64,000 nt of DNA. Source: Armatimonadota bacterium. Lineage in GTDB: Bacteria > Armatimonadota > SYMT01. Under the pieces are notes generated by a model. That model was not told the origin of the DNA. It saw nothing but the letters and a program-made list of their open reading frames with translations, and did not search any database. The stretch is taken from the NCBI GenBank assembly GCA_041690135.1, contig JAWLHY010000001.1, forward strand, positions 320,001-384,000, written 5' to 3'. Shown here piece by piece: positions 48,936 through 58,659 of the stretch (position 1 is its first letter; each line of letters begins with the position of its first letter). The position numbers and the translations under genes are program-made.

Positions 48936-49018
48936 CCGGGTGCTCTTGGGCGGGGCCTTCACGACCGGAATTCTCGGCGACCTGCCCTGCCAAACCTGGG
49001 CAGCACGAGGGCCAGCCC

Positions 49019-50017
49019 TTATCCCGCTCCCGGCGCCGGGTTCGTTTCCCCCTGCCGCTCGGCATCCAGGAGGCCCAGCAGGTTGCCCTCGATGGTCCGG
49101 CAGATATCGTCCAGCGGCAGGTGGTTGAGGTTCTCTTTCGCAAAGGGGTTCTGCAGTTCGACCCCGATGTGGTCCAGGGAGACGATGGGATAGGCCACCA
49201 TCACGGTCAGAAACGGCACCAACCAGCTCACCCCCACCCGGTACAGCAGCGCCAGCGGTAGGGTGAGCAGAAACACGAAGATGAACCGCCGGATCTTGAT
49301 GGAGTAGACCAGGGGCAGCGGTGTGCGCAGGATGCGCTCGCACCCGCCGAGGTGATCGATCAACGAGGCTCGCTCGCGGTCCACCTGCACGAAGGCGAAG
49401 CGGTCCATTTCCCCGTTTTCCACCGCCTCCCGCAAGAGGGCTGCCAGCCGCATGGCCACGTAGGTGGGCATATGCTGCGCCGCAGCGACCCGGGCCGCGT
49501 CATCCGGTCCCAACAGCGCCTCCAGTTCCGGCAGTTCTCGCTCCGCGCGCAGGCTGCGACGGGCGACATGCGAGAAGGCGGCGGCCCACCGCACCCACCC
49601 CTCGCGCCACCGGGGATCCCGTGGCCCGTAGGCGAGGCCGCTGATCGCCAGGTTCCGGCTCTGGTTCACGATGCCGCCCCACAACCGCCGCGCCTCCCAC
49701 CAGCGCTCGTGGCCGGCATTGTTCCGGAGGACCAGCAGCACGCCCAGCGCCACGCCGATGTACTCGTGCGGCGTCGAGGCGATCCCCACCCGGATTCCCG
49801 TGGTCTGCTCGACCAGCAGCGCTCCCACCGTCGTGAACACGGCCAGCACCCCGAACAGCAACACCGTGGGCAGCACGATCGGGGTAATGGAGCCCTGGAT
49901 CGTAACGGCTTCCCGCCAGAAGCCGGTGCGGACTCCCCGGCGCTGGGGTGATGGGTCCGGAGATCCGGAGGTGCGGAACGACGTGCGGGCCGAAGATTGC
50001 TCTCGAGAAGTTGACAC
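49019..50017 (-). CDS. Bestrophin family ion channel (YneE-like)
   Basis: LVLRNN...ERWWEARRLWG.IVNQSRN, GGCERI..TPLP..Y, IG.ELQNPF. Confidence 0.93.
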   Translation of the reverse strand: MSTSREQSSARTSFRTSGSPDPSPQRRGVRTGFWREAVTIQGSITPIVLPTVLLFGVLAVFTTVGALLVEQTTGIRVGIASTPHEYIGVALGVLLVLRNNAGHERWWEARRLWGGIVNQSRNLAISGLAYGPRDPRWREGWVRWAAAFSHVARRSLRAERELPELEALLGPDDAARVAAAQHMPTYVAMRLAALLREAVENGEMDRFAFVQVDRERASLIDHLGGCERILRTPLPLVYSIKIRRFIFVFLLTLPLALLYRVGVSWLVPFLTVMVAYPIVSLDHIGVELQNPFAKENLNHLPLDDICRTIEGNLLGLLDAERQGETNPAPGAG

Positions 50018-50144
50018 GCTGCCAGGCTGCCTCTACGCGCTGCTCGCGGCGGCGAAGGAGACCGGGCGGGATTGCCCGCTCCGGGCATATCTCTACCCGC
50101 ATGATCCCTACCTCACGCCGGAATCTGCCCGTCCATTGCCACCT

Positions 50145-50980
50145 CCGCCTTCGTATCCCCACGTCACCATCGGTGCACCGAGTCGACTGCCGGCGCTGCG
50201 CGGCCAACGCCCGTCCGGGCCCGTATGGGCGAAAACGCGAAACTCCGGGAATGAGAGGCCCACCGCGAACCGGCAACCCGTCTTCAAGCCCATTGCGTTT
50301 GCTGCCCAAAGTTGGTGACCGGAACGGGATCTGCTCCATGACGGAGTCCGGCTGTGAGGCCGGCCTTCGCGACCTATGCTTCTGGAACCCGACACAATCA
50401 GCGGGCAGGCCCTCGCACTCAATGGGAGTCCGGACGCCAGTCCGGCGGCTCGCGATCCTGGCGCCACGCTACCCGTCGGGATAAACAGTGAGCGCGGAAT
50501 TGCCGAGCCGATTGCGAACGCTGCGCGGCCAACGCGAAAACGCGAAATGACGAAAACGCGAAATGACGAAAGCATCAAACTTGGGAAGTGACCGGCCTGG
50601 CAAGATGGGGCGACCCCCTTCAGGCCCGATGCGTTTGCTGCCCAAACTTGGTGGCCGGAAAGTGAACTGTTTCATGACGGAGTCCGGCTGCGAGGCCGGC
50701 CTTCGCGACATGTACTTCCGGTGACCCGGCTTGCCAAGCCCGAGCCAGCCCTGGTTCCCGTCGCTCGCGACCTATGCCTCTGGAACCCGAAAGCACCAGC
50801 GGGCAGGATTATGCACCCAATGGGAGTCCGGACGCCAGTCCGGCGGCTCGCAACCCTGGCGCCACGCTACCCGTCGGGACCAACGGTAAGCGCCGAATGT
50901 CCTAACCGACTGCTGGCGCTGCGCGGGCCAACACGAAATATCCCAGAGGGAGCCCTTCGGACGAAAGACGCGAAACTACC
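50145..50980 (+). repeat. Two tandem ~330-400 bp degenerate repeat units plus a third anchor
   Basis: Shared blocks GCTGCGCGGCCAAC, TGCGTTTGCTGCCCAAA, CATGACGGAGTCCGGCTG, ATGGGAGTCCGGACGCCAGTCCGGCGGCTCGC, CTGGCGCCACGCTACCCGTCGGGA. Confidence 0.88.
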
Positions 50981-51040
50981 AACTTGAACCCGTATACCTT
51001 GCACCTTGCCGGGAGTGTGACAGTCGAAAGGACAGAGCCG

Positions 51041-52060
51041 ATGAGGCGCATTTCCTTCTTACTGGGATACCTCGGGCTCACACTTGCCCTGGTTTCCGGC
51101 GGCGCGCGGATCGAGGTTACCTCGAGTATGGCCCAGCAACTCGCCGTGGCTGTGCGGGGAAAGGATACGGCACGGGTGAAGGCACTGCTGGCGGCGGGAG
51201 CCCCGGCCAACGCAACTTTGGGTTACACCCGCTTCGAGGATATCGACTCCTACGTTCTACGCCAGCGGCCGGTGCTGATGGTCGCCCTCGGAGTACCTGA
51301 ATGGCAGCCCACCTGCTACATGGGGTGGATGGCCGAGCGGAGCCGGCTCGTACCCGGCAACCCGAAGATCGTCAGGATGCTACTCGAAGCCGGCGCGGAC
51401 CCGGATCTCCGAGCCGACGACCCCTGTCCACCGCTCTGCTTCGCGGCCCGCCACAGCCCGACGGAAGTCGTCGCACTCCTGCTGAAGCACGGTGCCGATC
51501 CTCGCCGGCGACACCCTTGCGCCTCGTACCTCCATCAGGCCGCCGGCAATTACCGGGCCGATACCGTCCGGGTTCTCCTCCGCCACGGCGCCGACCCACG
51601 GCAGCGTTATGGCGAGGGGGCCACACCCCTGTATGAGGCGGTCTCCGGCGAAGCGTGGCCACCGGAGCGTCAGGCCGACCAGGTCCACACCGTCCAGCTC
51701 CTGCTCACTGCGAACACCATCAACACGCCCGACCACGCCGGCACTACTCCCTTGATGCGCGCCGCCACCTGGGGCAACGTACCGGTGATGAAGCTGTTGA
51801 TCTCCCGTAGCGCTTCGCTCCACGCCGTGGACGATCCTGGCTACACCGCCCTGATGTACGCCTCTCGCTCCGGAACTCCCGCCGGTGTGAGGTACCTGCT
51901 GGAGCGCGGCGCCCAGACGGCAACGGAAGCCCGCGACGGCGAGACCGCCCTTACCCTGGCCGCGAAACGCCTTCTCAATGCAAAAAAGGAGGCGCTGCCG
52001 ACCGCCCGGGCCGTCCGCAAGCTCCTCGAGGACCACGCGGCGGGCAAGCGCTATCCCTAA
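51041..52060 (+). CDS. Exported ankyrin repeat protein
   Basis: N-terminal hydrophobic segment; G.TPL..AA..G...V..LL..GAD repeats. Confidence 0.9.
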   Translation: MRRISFLLGYLGLTLALVSGGARIEVTSSMAQQLAVAVRGKDTARVKALLAAGAPANATLGYTRFEDIDSYVLRQRPVLMVALGVPEWQPTCYMGWMAERSRLVPGNPKIVRMLLEAGADPDLRADDPCPPLCFAARHSPTEVVALLLKHGADPRRRHPCASYLHQAAGNYRADTVRVLLRHGADPRQRYGEGATPLYEAVSGEAWPPERQADQVHTVQLLLTANTINTPDHAGTTPLMRAATWGNVPVMKLLISRSASLHAVDDPGYTALMYASRSGTPAGVRYLLERGAQTATEARDGETALTLAAKRLLNAKKEALPTARAVRKLLEDHAAGKRYP

Positions 52061-52065
52061 CGACG

Positions 52066-52604
52066 TTAGGCCGCTCCGGCAACCGGCGAAAAGGGTCCTG
52101 AACGGCGGGGGCGACGTGGGGTACGAAAGGCTGCATGGAGCCGGCACGGGCTTCTGCTGCACACTCGCAAGGCGACGGGGGCTAAAGCCCAGCTACTACA
52201 AGCCGAGCGCACGGCCACGGCCTGGCGCTTCTCATCCACCAGGACCTCTCCCAGCGTGGCAAACCGGAAGGCGCCCCGCATGCCGTAGAGCCAGACTTCC
52301 TGGCCTTCCTCCGGGTCGAGTCCGGTGAGCGAGAGCGGCCGACCCTCCGCCAGGGTCCGGACCGCATCCGGCTCACCCAACAGGCGCCGCACCCGCTCGG
52401 CCGGCATGCCCAGGCGTAACTCGTAGTGTAAAACACCCTCCCGGTGACGTGACGGACCTGTTTGCTATGCAGGCGACGTACCACCTGCCGGAGCGCCGCC
52501 ACGAACTCCGCGCGGCTACGGGGACGTGCCGCCTCTACCGGTTGGGCGATCGGAACCGTTGCCAGCCACGCCGCTAACAAGGCCAGGGCAAGCCAGGGAC
52601 GCAT
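52066..52604 (-). pseudogene. Frameshifted secreted protein with SmpA/BamE-like motif
   Basis: Signal peptide frame (52604) and the LGMPAERVRRLLGEPD...EVWLYG frame are joined if one copy of the GTGAC duplication at 52444-52453 is removed. Confidence 0.55.
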
Positions 52605-52673
52605 GCGGGATCTCCTCTGGATGCGGTGTTACTCGGGGATTGGGAGCTGGGAGGCTCGGATTGTTCTTGCTGG

Positions 52674-52896
52674 TAGATACGCGCATTAGCGCGGTCCGCT
52701 CTTGCGGCCAGGAAACTCGCACACGTCTCGCGAAGCGTACCCGCTTGGCTGTTAGTGACGCGCTTTAGCGCGGTTCGCATTCGAGAACAGGCGGCCCGCA
52801 CATGTTGTGCGAAACCGTACCCGGAGAGATGCCGCTTATCAATCCTGGGTCCGGACCCACTTTCGCGAGAGGACGCGGGCTGAAGCCCGTTACTAC
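52674..52896. repeat. REP/REPIN cluster left of RAYT
   Basis: GTAGATACGCGCATTAGCGCG, TTAGTGACGCGCTTTAGCGCG and inverted CGCGGGCTGAAGCCCGTTACTAC. Confidence 0.88.
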
Positions 52897-52909
52897 CAGC
52901 AGTGACCTT

Positions 52910-53503
52910 TCATTCATCCCATCCCTTGCCGTAGGAGCGGATTGGATATTCACCCCAAAGCATATCGAGTGCCTCGGCGCCCCAATGTTCCAGGTACCAG
53001 CTCAGACTGGAGCAATCCCATTGCAGTGGGTGATCCGTCAAGCCATGCTTTACCGGGTTGTGGTGGATGTAGTTGAGAGTGGTGTAGTAGTGGGCGGTAT
53101 TGCGGATTCGGCGATCGGTGAAGCGGCACCAGACCTGCCGACCGACGGTCCCGTCTCGCCCGTTGAGCTCCCGCGACGTCCGGCCGTGAGTGCGTCCGAG
53201 TGGCTGGCTCAACTCCGACAGCGCGTTGCAACGGAGCAGGAGATGGTAGTGGTTCGGCAAGACTACCCAGGCGCTGACCTCGACGCTAGCTGCCTCCAGT
53301 TCCGTAAACAGGTCAGTGAGAAGCCAGATACGCTCGGACTCCAATTTGAGGAGCGGCTGGTGTTCATAGACGGCCGCCGAAATTAGATACCAGCCCCCTT
53401 CTTCATAAGCGTGCGGAGGTGAATGCAGGGGATGGCCTCGTTGCCGACGCTCATGCAATAGAAGTCGTCGCTCCTCATCTGAGAGCTTCCGGTATTCGTA
53501 CAT
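52910..53503 (-). mobile_element. REP-associated tyrosine transposase (RAYT, HUH Y1 family)
   Basis: WVVLPNHYHLL (HUH), DRRIR, NYIHHNPVKHGL, W..SS motifs; flanked by GTAG REPs. Confidence 0.93.
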
Positions 53504-53650
53504 CCACGGTCCCCTCGTTCACAGCTTCGCGTTTCAGCTCAGTTTGTGGCTACGAACCTGGCGCTGTATTTGCGCTGGTCAAACCCAGCTCTTGGGCTAC
53601 TGTTTGGTGGTGCACGTTCCGACTTCCTGCCTGCGACTCACGTGGGCTTG

Positions 53651-54170
53651 ACCCGCTCGGCTGGTAGTAACGCGCTTTAGCGCGGTTCGCATTCGAGAAC
53701 AGGCGGCCCGCACATGTTGTGCGAAACCGTACCCGGAGAGGTGCCGCTTATCAATCCTGGGTCCGAACCCACTTTCGCGAGAGGACGCGGGCTGAAGCTC
53801 ACTACTATAAGCCGAGCAAGCGGACGTGGGCTGAAGCTCACTACTATAAGCCGAGCAAGTGGACGTGGGCTGAAGCCTGGTACTACGAGCTGGGGCGGTG
53901 CCGCTTATCGATTCCGGGTCCTGTTCCAAACTCGCAAGCGGACGCGGGCTGAAGCCCGCTACTACCAGCCGGGGAGGTGCTGCTGTTTGCCAGTTCCGGG
54001 TCCGAACCCACTTTCGCGAGAGGACGCGGGCTGAAGCCCGCTACTACCAGCCGGAGAGGTGCCGCTTACCAATTCCGGGTCCCATCCCACTTTTGCAAGC
54101 GAACGCGGGCTGAAGCTCACTACTATAAGCCGAGCAAGCGGACGCGGGCTAAAGCCCGCTACGACGAGCC
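53651..54170. repeat. REP array right of RAYT
   Basis: One GTAGTAACGCGCTTTAGCGCG (53674), then seven co-oriented CG(C/T)GGGCT(G/A)AAGC...TAC copies spaced ~39 or ~80 bp. Confidence 0.92.
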
Positions 54171-55100
54171 AAGGTCTCCCTTCGCCCGGCGGATCAACTC
54201 CTCGAACAGGCTTCTCCGCAGGGCGTCCGCCTCTTCCGGCGTGTAGTCGTACCAGCCGGCGCCGCTCTTCACCCCCAGGCGGCCGCGGACGACCTGCCCC
54301 GTGATGCTAGGGCCGGGGCCCTCCGCGTTGGAGAGATCGGGGAACAGGATCCCGCAGATGGAGTGCAGGGTGTCCAGGCCGGCCAGGTCGGCGGTGTGGA
54401 AGATCCCGGTGGCGGGGAGGCGGCGGCCGAAGCTGTAGCGGACCACCGTATCGATGTCCTCGGGGGTCGCGACTCCGCTCTCCACCAGCGACAGGGCTTC
54501 CCGCAGCATGGCGAACTGGAGGCGGTTGCCGATGAAGCCGAGGCACTCTTTGCGGACCACCGCCGGGCGCTTGCCTAGGGAAGCCAGCAGGGCGCGGACC
54601 GCTTCCACGGTTTCGGGGCTGGTGGCGGGGCCGGGGACCAGCTCCACCAGGGGGATCAGGTGGGCGGGGTTCCAGTAGTGGGCCACCAGCACCTGTTCCG
54701 GGCGGCCGGTTACCTCCGCCAGCAGGGAGGGCATCAGCGAGGAGGTGTTGCTCGCCAGGATCGCGTGCGCGGGGGCGTGGCGGTCCAGCTCCCGGAAGAG
54801 GCGCTGCTTGAGGGCGAGGTCCTCGCTCACGGCCTCGACCACGAGATCCGCGTCGGAGACGGCGGCGGGGAGGTCGGGGACATAGGTGACTCGCGCCGCG
54901 ACCGTCTCCACCGGTTCGGAAAGCAGGCCGTGCTCGGCAAGCTGGGCCGCGTTGGCGCGCAGGGTGGCGGCCGAGCGGGTGAACTGGTCGGGATGGGTGT
55001 CGGTGAGGCGGACCTCCCGGCCCGCGCGGGTGAAGTCGAGGGCAATGTTCGTGCCCATCAGGCCGGCACCTACAATGCCGATGTTCCGGAGTTCGTTCAT
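54159..55100 (-). CDS. 3-hydroxyacyl-CoA dehydrogenase family protein
   Basis: GAGLMG, VEAVSEDL.LK, ASNTSS, HYWNP.HLIPLVE, GFIGNRLQ. Confidence 0.93.
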   Translation of the reverse strand: MNELRNIGIVGAGLMGTNIALDFTRAGREVRLTDTHPDQFTRSAATLRANAAQLAEHGLLSEPVETVAARVTYVPDLPAAVSDADLVVEAVSEDLALKQRLFRELDRHAPAHAILASNTSSLMPSLLAEVTGRPEQVLVAHYWNPAHLIPLVELVPGPATSPETVEAVRALLASLGKRPAVVRKECLGFIGNRLQFAMLREALSLVESGVATPEDIDTVVRYSFGRRLPATGIFHTADLAGLDTLHSICGILFPDLSNAEGPGPSITGQVVRGRLGVKSGAGWYDYTPEEADALRRSLFEELIRRAKGDLGSS

Positions 55101-55990
55101 TCGAGTTGTCCCAGTCCCGCCGGCGGGCGGGTCTTACCCAGCGCTCCGGCGAGGGCGAGTAGCCCCAGGAGGTAGGGGAGGGTGGTGAGGAGGTCGGCGG
55201 AGAGCTGGACGCCGAACACGGGCCGGCCCTGGAGGGCGACCTGCGCCGCCTCGCCCAGGCCGAAGAAGAGGACCGCCCCCACGGCGCCGAGGGGGTGCCA
55301 CCGGCCGAAGATCACCGCCGCCAGCGCCAGGTAGCCGCGCCCGGCGGAGAGGTTCTCGGTAAAGGTGTGGGCGGCTTCCAGGCTGAGATACGCGCCGCCG
55401 ACGGCCGCCAGCCCGCCGCCGGCCGCCAGCCAGAGGGTGCGGAGGCCGTTCAGCGGGATCCCGGCGGCCCGGGCCGCGGAGGGCGCCTCGCCCACGGCCC
55501 GGAGCTGCAGCCCGGCGCGGGTGCGGTAGACCACGTACCAGGTGGCAAGGGTGAGCAGGAGCGCCAGCGGAACGAACGGGGAGCGCCCGCCCAGGAGGGT
55601 GCCCAGCACCGGCACGCCCTGCAGCGCGGGTAGCCAGGCGGCGGGACCGCTCACCTGCGCGCCGGCTTTGTAGAAGCTTCGAAGCAGGAAGGTGGTGAGG
55701 CCCAGTACTGCCAGGTTGAGGCCCACCCCGGAGATGATGGCGTCCACCCGCAGGTGGAGCACCAGCAGCGCGTGCAGCACCCCCATCAGGAGGCCCACGC
55801 CCACCGCCGCGGCGAGGCCGATCCAGGGACACCCGGCCGCCAGCGCCGCCGCCATGGCCGCGAACGCCCCGGCCAGCATCATCCCCTCCAGGGCGATGTT
55901 GACCACGCCGACGCGCTCGGAGAGCACGCCGCCCAGCGCGGCGAAGGCGACTGGGGTCGCGAAACGGAGGGTGGATTCTAGGACTTCCAT
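55097..55990 (-). CDS. ABC transporter permease (BPD_transp_2, nucleoside/sugar type)
   Basis: SERVGVVNIALEGMML, GLQLRAVGE.P.AA, GRGYLALAAVIFGRWHP, LPY. Confidence 0.92.
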   Translation of the reverse strand: MEVLESTLRFATPVAFAALGGVLSERVGVVNIALEGMMLAGAFAAMAAALAAGCPWIGLAAAVGVGLLMGVLHALLVLHLRVDAIISGVGLNLAVLGLTTFLLRSFYKAGAQVSGPAAWLPALQGVPVLGTLLGGRSPFVPLALLLTLATWYVVYRTRAGLQLRAVGEAPSAARAAGIPLNGLRTLWLAAGGGLAAVGGAYLSLEAAHTFTENLSAGRGYLALAAVIFGRWHPLGAVGAVLFFGLGEAAQVALQGRPVFGVQLSADLLTTLPYLLGLLALAGALGKTRPPAGLGQLE

Positions 55991-56727
55991 CGGGCCTGGA
56001 TCGTTTCCCGGAGCGCGCGGACCGCCGGCGAGTTAGGGGCACGTTCCGAAAGATAGAACTCCATGTCGGCGGCGTGCTCCCACTCCCCCGCGGCGAGGCT
56101 GCCCCGCACGACGGAGACCGCCAGCTCGGCTGCCCATTCCAGGCCGGGGTCGTTCTCCAGCGCGGCGTAAAGCTGGATCATCACCCGCGACTCCCACTCC
56201 GGGTCGCGCAGGTCGCTCCCGTAGTTATCCAGGGCGTTGCAGTAGAAGCGGAACGCATCCCACACCTCCGTCACCGGTCGGGCCAGCTTCTCCGCGACCT
56301 CGGGCGCCAGCGGGCCGCGGATCGCCTCGGCGACCTCCCGCGCCCATTCCGGCATCCACTTCAGGAACTCCTCGCGCGGGCCGGCGAAGCGCGGGTAGAC
56401 CAGCACCTCGTCGCGCCGCCGGCTCAGGAGGCGGGTGTCCAGCCACAGCCGCTCCTCCGTCACGTCCAGCTGCCCGAAGAGCAGGTACTCGCCTTCCAGC
56501 TCGTCCAGGTGCCGGCGGGAGTCCGTGTCGTCCGCCGTGGCCACCGTCACCACGAAGCCGGTCCCTTCCTCCACCTCGATCACCAGCGGCGCCCACTCCG
56601 CGTGCAGTGCGCCGCTGCGGCGTAGCATCTGGGCCAGCACGTCGGGAATGCGCCGGGCGATGATGCTGCCGACGTAGAGACTGTTCTCCGTCAGGTTGAG
56701 CGGAATGCACCAGAGGTCTGTCGCCAT
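55978..56727 (-). CDS. Hypothetical protein (possible TolB_N/TPR-like)
   Basis: GC3-biased 249-aa frame coupled to xylB by a TAATG overlap; YLLFGQL...RLWLDTRLL and AFRFY..AL...ALENDP. Confidence 0.7.
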   Translation of the reverse strand: MATDLWCIPLNLTENSLYVGSIIARRIPDVLAQMLRRSGALHAEWAPLVIEVEEGTGFVVTVATADDTDSRRHLDELEGEYLLFGQLDVTEERLWLDTRLLSRRRDEVLVYPRFAGPREEFLKWMPEWAREVAEAIRGPLAPEVAEKLARPVTEVWDAFRFYCNALDNYGSDLRDPEWESRVMIQLYAALENDPGLEWAAELAVSVVRGSLAAGEWEHAADMEFYLSERAPNSPAVRALRETIQARWKS

Positions 56728-58247
56728 TAGACGGAGGCTACCGCGGCAAACGAGTCTTTCAAACGGCCGTAGAGGTCCCGGTAGACGGGGTAGTACCGCT
56801 GGTACACCGCGGCGTTCTCCGCCACCGGTGGGCAGTGGTCCACCACCTGAATGGTGGCGCGGCACGCCTCCGCGGCGGAGTTCCACACCCCGGTTCCCAC
56901 GCCTGCCAGCAGGGCCACGCCGAAAGCGGGGCCCTCGTCCACGTTGATGGTCACGTGCTCCCGGCCCGTCACGTCCGCCTGGATCTGCCGCCACAGCGGG
57001 CTGCGCGCGCCGCCGCCGCTGGCCCGCACCTCGCGGATCGGCACGCCCATCTCGTTCAGGATCTCGAAGGAGTCGCGGAGGCCGTACGCCACGCCTTCCA
57101 TCACGGAGCGCGCCATGTGGCGACGATCGTGCCGCAGGGTGAGGCCGAAGAAGACACCCCGCGCGTTCGGGTCGGGGTAGGGGGTCCGCTCGCCGGTGAG
57201 GTAGGGGAGGAAGATCAACCCCTCGCAGCCGGCCGGCGCCAGCGCGGCCTCCTGGGCGATGAGCTGGTAGGGGTCCACCTGCAGCGCTCGGGCCACGTCC
57301 ATCTCCGGGCCCGCCAGCACGTCGCGGTACCAGCGGAGGGAACCGCCGGCGGAGAGCATCACGCCCATCTGGTGCCACTTGCCGCTCACCGCGTGGCAGA
57401 AGGTGTGCAGGCGCAGGTTCGGGTCGACGGCCGGCTCGTCCGAAAAGGCGAAGACCACCCCCGAGGTGCCTACCGTGGAGGAGATGATCCCGCGCTCCAC
57501 GATGCCGTTGCCCACGGCGCCCGCGGCCTGGTCGCCGCCGCCCCCGACTACCGGCGTCCCGGCCTTCAGCCCCGTGGCCGCCGCGGCTTCCGCGCTGATC
57601 CGGGCGCTCGGCACGTCCGACTCGAAGCACTCCGGCATCCAGCTTTCCGGCACGTCGATCGCCGCCAGCAGCTCCGTGGCCCAGCGGCGCTCGCGGACGT
57701 GGAACATCGCCGTGCCGGAGGCGTCGGAGACCTCCGTGGCAAAGGCGCCCGTGAGCATGAAGCGGATGTAATCCTTTGGCAGCAGCACCTTCCGCACGCG
57801 GGCGTAGGTCTCCGGCTCGTGGTCCCGCAGCCAGATCACCTTCGGCGCCGTGAACCCGGTAAGGACCGGGTTACTCGTCAGCTCAACCACCCGCTCCGCG
57901 CCCACGGTGTTCGTGATCCACTCGCACTGGGCCGCCGTGCGCTGGTCGCACCACAGCAGCGCCGGCCGCAGCACCTCGTTGGCGCCGTCCAGGAACACCG
58001 ACCCGTGCATCTGGCCGGAAAGCCCCACGCCGGTTACCGCGTCCCCGGAAACGCCCGCCTTTGCCAGCACCTGCCGGATGGTCGCCTGCGTCGCCTCCCA
58101 CCAGTGGTGGGGGTCCTGCTCCGCCCAACCCGGCCGGGGGGTGCTGAGGGGATACTCGTAAACCGCGCTCGCCAGGGCGCGACCGCTCTCGTCGATGAGC
58201 AGCGTCTTCGTGCCGGACGTTCCGATGTCGATGCCAAGCAGGGCCAT
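56727..58247 (-). CDS. xylB: Xylulokinase (FGGY family)
   Basis: LGIDIGTSGTK, SGQMHG, WCDQR, SDASGT, GGGDQAAGA, PYLTGERTP. Confidence 0.95.
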   Translation of the reverse strand: MALLGIDIGTSGTKTLLIDESGRALASAVYEYPLSTPRPGWAEQDPHHWWEATQATIRQVLAKAGVSGDAVTGVGLSGQMHGSVFLDGANEVLRPALLWCDQRTAAQCEWITNTVGAERVVELTSNPVLTGFTAPKVIWLRDHEPETYARVRKVLLPKDYIRFMLTGAFATEVSDASGTAMFHVRERRWATELLAAIDVPESWMPECFESDVPSARISAEAAAATGLKAGTPVVGGGGDQAAGAVGNGIVERGIISSTVGTSGVVFAFSDEPAVDPNLRLHTFCHAVSGKWHQMGVMLSAGGSLRWYRDVLAGPEMDVARALQVDPYQLIAQEAALAPAGCEGLIFLPYLTGERTPYPDPNARGVFFGLTLRHDRRHMARSVMEGVAYGLRDSFEILNEMGVPIREVRASGGGARSPLWRQIQADVTGREHVTINVDEGPAFGVALLAGVGTGVWNSAAEACRATIQVVDHCPPVAENAAVYQRYYPVYRDLYGRLKDSFAAVASV

Positions 58248-58383
58248 GGGAAAAGCTCTCTCCAGGTCGTGAAATCTACTCCGGGAGGTTCCGCGTAGGG
58301 GGCGCTCATCCCTGCGTGGCTGGTGAGTGGTGAGTGGTGCCTGGGAGCGATCCGCGAATAGCACGAATGGAACGAATGGGGAG

Positions 58384-58479
58384 GGTGTTCGGGTGTTCGG
58401 GTGGTCAGGTGTTCGGGTGTTCGGGTGGTCAGGTGTTCGGGTGTTCGGGTGGTCAGGTGTTCGGGCAGTCGGGCGTTCG
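58384..58479. repeat. Octamer-based tandem repeat (24-bp unit x3 plus degenerate octamers)
   Basis: GGTGTTCG GGTGTTCG GGTGGTCA x3. Confidence 0.9.
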
Positions 58480-58659
58480 GGCAAAGAAAACGGCATTCAT
58501 GGCGAGGAGCGAGAGACCCGCAGCAACTTCCTCGAGCCTGGTGAGCCTTCCGACGAAGCAACAGGCTTCCTGAACCAGTACCTGTAAGCGACCCTAACTC
58601 CGCCGGGCAGGCGTGGCCATCCGCGTGGTCAAGGAAGTTGCATTTATACGAACTGGCAA

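Noticed and set aside
53786-54170. CRISPR-like regular spacing of repeats
   Set aside because: The spacers are similar to each other, the repeats are GTAG REP palindromes next to a RAYT, and no cas genes are present.
58248-58496. PDHPNTRT repeat extension on XylB
   Set aside because: It is the translation of the intergenic octamer repeat; the FGGY N-terminus starts at 58247.
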